From a virus, in IMG/VR virus record IMGVR_UViG_3300033141_000124, positions 32,001 through 96,000 of that record: a DNA stretch of 64,000 nucleotides. One strand, given 5' to 3'. Below the pieces are notes generated by a model. It was given only the letters and a program-made list of their open reading frames with translations. It made no database searches and was not told where the DNA came from. Below, in pieces: positions 61,301 through 64,000 of this stretch; position 1 is the stretch's first letter; every line of letters starts with the position of its first letter. Both the position numbers and the translations under genes were made by a program.

Positions 61301-64000
61301 CTGGATTTGTTTCACTAAACAGTTGCATCTTTTGTATTATTTGTAAAGGATCTGTTAATCCTTGTAAAGCTTTTAATAATCCGTTGTATACAACATTGGC
61401 TCTTACAGGACGTACAAAAGGCACACCATTACTTAACTCTATGTTTCCAAAGTAATCAGTTGCTGGCATTGTTACGGTACTTATATACTGTCTTAGTCTT
61501 GCACTTAAATTATCAAAACCTCCTGTTAAATAAGTTTCTTTACCAAACTGTGATACAGTTCTTAGTCCCCCAAGATCTTCTACAGAACTAAACTCCTGTC
61601 CGTCAGCCATAATTATCTCATTGTTACTATTCTGTTGAGCAGACTGCAGATCTATTATATCAAGAAGATTCATCACAGAATCTTTAATGTTATCACTAAA
61701 GTCTTCAAATGCTAAAGTTAACTTCTCTAACATCATTCTTTCTGGTGAATCCTGATTGTACTGAGAGTTCTCTTTGCTATCTACATCATATAGTGTAGCA
61801 AAGTCATCTATTATTGTATCTAATTCTTCTTCTAAAATAAATGTAGGTTTTTCTGAGGTTGGTACAAAACTAAATTTCTTTTCAATTAATATACCTGCCA
61901 TAGTATCTATGATAGGTTCAGCTACAATACTTGGGATATAAAGAATACCATCCTCTTTATTCTCATATTGTGCTTCATAAGGTATCAGTTTGTTTGCTTC
62001 AACACTAACACCATAGGCACCAGTAGTAAATTCATTTACGGCCATAGATGCTGATGAAAACTTACCAGCATCAATATTCTCAAATAATGTATTTAGTTCA
62101 TTTCTTCTAAATCTATTTACTAAAGCTTTAATAATTTCAATAAGTCTATTAAAGAAAGCTTTAATCTTACTATTTGTTTTGGTACCTCTTCTATCTTGTT
62201 TAAATTGTTCAAATCTGTCTGCTAAATATTCTTCAAAGTATTCTCTTTCTAATCTATCCTTAGACATTGATTTGTATGAAGGCCATGAGTTTCTTAGTTT
62301 CTGTAATTCAGATGCAAGACTTTTACCTTCTTTTCTTAGTTCAGCTAGCTTTTCTTTTCTTGCTATACTTAAATACTGATCTTGTTGAGTCTTTGTCAAT
62401 AGCATTCTATACACACCGTGGAATGCTTCATGATATCTAAATATATTATTAGCACCAGTATATACAGTACCTTTAACATCTAGACCACCTGCTATATCAG
62501 TAATGTTAATCATAAAGTTACCTACACGTTCTTGATTGCCTTTAAGATTATTACCTAGATCATTAATATCACCTATAGTTATAAACTCTGGTAAGTTTGT
62601 TTCCATCCAACCAGTAAAGACATTTATATCTTCTATATCTTTAGGAGTAAGTTTACTGTCAACTATCTTATTTGCACTTCTTAACTCATCTCTCTTCTTA
62701 TAGAGTGCTTGTAATTTTTTGTTTTCTTTTAAAGCCTGTCTCTTTTCTTTACTTGATAATGATGCTGTCTTAGCTTTTATATCTTCTTTTAATTCTTTTA
62801 TCTGTTTTAGTACAGTATCTAAGGTAACAGCTTCTTCAAGTCTAGCCTCAGATTTGACTGCTTCTATTGCTAGTGTCTGTCTATTAATCTCATCTAATAT
62901 AGTTTCCATAACAGCCAATCCTTGACCAACTACATTAAACATATCCTTTCCTGTAACTTCCTCTTCTGTTAATCCTTCTGTTGGACTAAATCTCTTATTA
63001 TATTCTAATGCAAATTTACCTGCAGACTCTGCAGCACTTTGATTAGCTAAAGATCCTTCCTCAGTTAACAGCCATGCAGAAACAAGATCAGGCATATTAG
63101 TTGGTGATAATAAATCTTTCTCCACTAACACTTGATCAATTTCTGTAGTTGCTACTGGTTCTACAAAAGAGCTTTCTATTATTGTAGGTTTATCTGCTTC
63201 AGCCTGAACATCTTTTGAATTAGCTGTAATAATTAATTTTTGTCCCTTTCTAAAATTCTGTGAATCTATAGCAGATTCTAAACCAGAAAAATAATCTGAT
63301 ACAGGAGCATCTTGTGCAATAGATACACCAAAGTTTTGTATGTTTAAAATAGGACTTTCATCTCTTGCTATGTAAGGTGCGTTAATTTTATCAATAAGCT
63401 TTTGGAATATTGCTTTTGCAGTTACTTCTACTTCACCTTTATCATCTCTACTAAAATCTTGGTTATATAAGTATTCTGTTTTACCTACTTGTACATACTT
63501 AGTAGCACCTACTATCTGAGATCCCGGTCCTTTAACTTTATCTTTTACTGATAAAGATATACTACCAAAAGGAGTTACATCTAAAAAGAACTGTCTTCCT
63601 TTTACATCAGATTTAATAAATAGTTTCTTAGATTGTTTTTTATTAAATTCTTTTGTTATGTTTTTATCTTTGACTTCTGTCTTATTACCCTCTCTAGTAA
63701 CATTAGTTTCTAAAACTTTTTGAGCTTCATTTATATATTCATTTAATATAATCTCTAAGTCTGCTGCTGGTTGAGCCTTTGGTCTAGCAGTTGCCACTGT
63801 TAGTAATCCGCTAGGCTGTCTTAGCACAACATTATATCTGTTAGTTAGTTCTTGTTGAAATTTACCATCTGCATCTAATATACCTTGCTTAATTAATTGT
63901 TTTTCAATTATCTCTTCTAGCTCGGTTTGATCTTCTAGGTTAGTTATAATAGTAGGAATAAGACTTATTTGATCTACATCTAATACTACAAAAGTACTTC
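55341..64000 (-). CDS. Giant virion RNA polymerase polyprotein with zincin-like protease domain (5' end beyond the window)
   Basis: VRIPSQ and GSDFDID (about 58068-58088) match the crAss-like vRNAP catalytic motifs; YHEAFH (about 62418-62432) plus EEYLAD. The frame stays open from 63827 to 64000. Confidence 0.92.
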   Translation of the reverse strand, partial: STFVVLDVDQISLIPTIITNLEDQTELEEIIEKQLIKQGILDADGKFQQELTNRYNVVLRQPSGLLTVATARPKAQPAADLEIILNEYINEAQKVLETNVTREGNKTEVKDKNITKEFNKKQSKKLFIKSDVKGRQFFLDVTPFGSISLSVKDKVKGPGSQIVGATKYVQVGKTEYLYNQDFSRDDKGEVEVTAKAIFQKLIDKINAPYIARDESPILNIQNFGVSIAQDAPVSDYFSGLESAIDSQNFRKGQKLIITANSKDVQAEADKPTIIESSFVEPVATTEIDQVLVEKDLLSPTNMPDLVSAWLLTEEGSLANQSAAESAGKFALEYNKRFSPTEGLTEEEVTGKDMFNVVGQGLAVMETILDEINRQTLAIEAVKSEARLEEAVTLDTVLKQIKELKEDIKAKTASLSSKEKRQALKENKKLQALYKKRDELRSANKIVDSKLTPKDIEDINVFTGWMETNLPEFITIGDINDLGNNLKGNQERVGNFMINITDIAGGLDVKGTVYTGANNIFRYHEAFHGVYRMLLTKTQQDQYLSIARKEKLAELRKEGKSLASELQKLRNSWPSYKSMSKDRLEREYFEEYLADRFEQFKQDRRGTKTNSKIKAFFNRLIEIIKALVNRFRRNELNTLFENIDAGKFSSASMAVNEFTTGAYGVSVEANKLIPYEAQYENKEDGILYIPSIVAEPIIDTMAGILIEKKFSFVPTSEKPTFILEEELDTIIDDFATLYDVDSKENSQYNQDSPERMMLEKLTLAFEDFSDNIKDSVMNLLDIIDLQSAQQNSNNEIIMADGQEFSSVEDLGGLRTVSQFGKETYLTGGFDNLSARLRQYISTVTMPATDYFGNIELSNGVPFVRPVRANVVYNGLLKALQGLTDPLQIIQKMQLFSETNPDTAAVVSSIFEDAGIIPLNEKDEVINELPLQLKNPDFFNKVVKAFTNFRVEWYFQQRDDNGNTLIHSASQRDDATTQVDNWSEAYTSKLQEWQDDPRKKTRALKTLAKVKNSLRQANEKIQNKTVNKLAKDLSRDLYEAIGFRVSVGYMRFSLLKSRVKKFKNQETELAFYPNLEPITYDQLQALQSLIAAGQDPFDKGIEGAASRIKTIALNNAVLDETVGASVFKNSNGDLVNSHQQPTYHLVKTKKLNSVEERNRLKEDPFLNNNYLLNSQAFNALADNQQIKISRVSGTKILNQLSTELDPNRSSALKTTDFGKFTPGEFIISNINLYLANLNYLTDNVSSFVLVKDPVSGIETEVALSPVLNRVIESSNTGDLTTLPIIKAIEKVKGKDVITSEALDVFYDFVKNEYNRIVRERNADELTQSVQGYNLEDSEVTPRGFTFANNDYLLEPATKVALEGQAKGEPISFEQALKNSGLSVTQFKNQLRKKLGERYLLFKDLIDSNNVREKIDKRIRFGLNENAIDNGVDALYNLRQNDEEYNLKQIFLSNAINVKSLNELLLGDQAKTLKNFNDKTKRAKAQNGAGLSAYTPFIDPQKGINHATDKINLITISEPTSISSISGQSIDNADAQMWITVKAFRHFFFGFGMLSDAQAQALDKVQQGERLEWSEIQNLIDQQGMINSKKLVYFDGETFLKMSAFVLTPELTSKRNADGLFVAKPNAVSLHNLRVRLEALEEGTETVSIAAPLSAIKMLKQDIIPYQELKMPEPGFSQESSTLSAQFMRLQQINPSNKKKITELSQMKTLITNEQSPRLSKKIERYNDLISQRQRMKFFNKRNLSFDENNKFNPVLFSKYAVNSLKASQVNSNIIEFFSLDKFNQPKYNLNNPYTIAKFEQLFLSYFSQDVFQEKVPGTSFALVSSFGYQIYRRVFSVDSNGIPQRQEVLRASVVDRTNIPVDTRTAEDLVGIDIPKEGIVILDRLRYNMPEYDDSGKATGNKYSEGIYPPQFESVYSLQDTDQSIPKVVSDMFTVRIPSQDKHSAMGVRMVDFLPAFYGSSAMFADELVEIAGSDFDIDVGYSQRKDFYVRDKEFIEYGNNYEDYVNYINREVKEVGTIYNSALELYNLQGSLIEDSLTDIEDTSAETAGFSRESIGALQALSLPVTKQQFNEFIAENGYAPYDAPINNEIVDIRRELVGNKEMTSGDMIAYSPANLDIMKAAWETLSSEAFVPSLKSREIVDLQNIDDMAGQTIAFTNNKGASIGSVVSPNLYLSLIVQRGILLDRQSFNLDGEFYSTFKGSKTKDGARKQDIISSVVTMMTDNAKEYFVAKLGLNSHATRMLTNMIAIGVPLNTSLLLLNNQFIQQQYTEIANSDIATKGIKGRVDDQLAELEKVKALEPTQEILIAGVDNMSNLTAGQQKGILSVFKNIMRISDFTAKLNSVLSLNNGLGKDMLRLDKRKSDINDMLEEGRDELPLLQFGSIFNNTYLGELRKMFDNLYDDLLPNVFLTRTNKFKVSEINLLGELNQQALEFNPNLRSKVRKDILAYFTIQNYINQKLDSDAFSVEGMNNNLIYPSADNKLNTIISAVERLKKTDPGNFFLENFITTLPAQAKQNFAGINLVRSNSWRRLNRIQMSDLQTSFNKLYNNLDTRKDARKIIAYIFVKDAMQLAPGSLIQALSPYVLEDYLQSIPQNLDNIPMVGGEFIRNYLSAASSQDLLAIKKQDNRVEDMPIVYKTLSPTDPITGERKSITYRRLQEEDIEGIETAQQLVQSNEYYTDAKVVDIKGSPLQNAIGFIFGDVPLTKDLRKSNSQIKNDEGLDMSQNFADAAIEQDIQEEALSNPSFNTVYNGEDIIIETADGTQVNIDDVNKLASLEADFQAATDELGIEEVGIIDDNIVPPITESVQLTLDLLSETDPAVGYPEITEFWDNNIESGEFSMQVEAFKEQNNVNTLEDLIDLYENNPNSFWSKPEDLIEQIKRCNL

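Noticed and set aside
3039-62925. Many 60-140-aa antisense or out-of-frame ORFs in the track (e.g. 3039, 21294, 37599, 41998, 61114)
   Set aside because: They are shadows of well-supported genes, rich in Ser/Leu/Phe/Ile, with no recognisable motifs.
63825-63827. GTG start of the 2828-aa ORF
   Set aside because: The frame has no stop between 63828 and 64000, so the gene begins outside the window.
1-64000. Stop-codon reassignment (TAG=Gln or TGA=Trp), known in some crAss-like phages
   Set aside because: Very long ORFs (terL, polB, 1948 aa, >2800 aa) are intact in the standard code, and TAG and TGA both end tightly packed genes.
1-64000. tRNA genes, CRISPR arrays, integrase, transposase or DGR reverse transcriptase
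   Set aside because: I saw no cloverleaf with a T-loop GTTCRA, no regularly spaced repeats in the few intergenic gaps, and no RT or recombinase motifs; tRNAscan was not run.

Overview
This AT-rich 64 kb window is part of a crAss-like (Crassvirales-type) phage genome. Its host is most likely a Bacteroidota/Flavobacteriia bacterium, judged from TAnnTTTG promoter elements, AT-rich translation starts without Shine-Dalgarno sites, Q-rule signal peptides and a Flavobacterium-type RNR; the accessory gene content suggests an aquatic or marine setting. It has three blocks. (1) 1-11395, minus strand, late/packaging: partial portal, TerL, GroES, PD-(D/E)xK nuclease, IHF/HU-like protein, amidase endolysin, a SET-domain gene and a cluster of small Lys/Arg-rich genes with a VapA-like gene among them. 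(2) 11632-36436, plus strand, early/replication, starting after a C-tract and hairpin-rich divergent junction: SF2 helicase, Ung, DnaB, Sak4-like ATPase, SSB-like protein, DnaG, RusA-like resolvase, VWA/MoxR pair, PolB, spore-photoproduct-lyase-like radical SAM, DUF932 and DUF5664. (3) 36513-64000, minus strand, virion/lysis: tail fibres, holin, basic proteins, a 28-aa CDGSH peptide, a four-gene envelope-targeted operon, a 1948-aa cargo protein and the giant virion RNA polymerase (DFDID motif, open to the window end). Block 3 is interrupted by a plus-strand class Id-like nrdB-nrdA pair. The best candidates for new biology are the beta-barrel/lipoprotein/membrane coiled-coil/Cys-less thioredoxin operon and the SET-domain plus basic-protein cluster. 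All family calls come from motif recognition by eye; no database searches were run.
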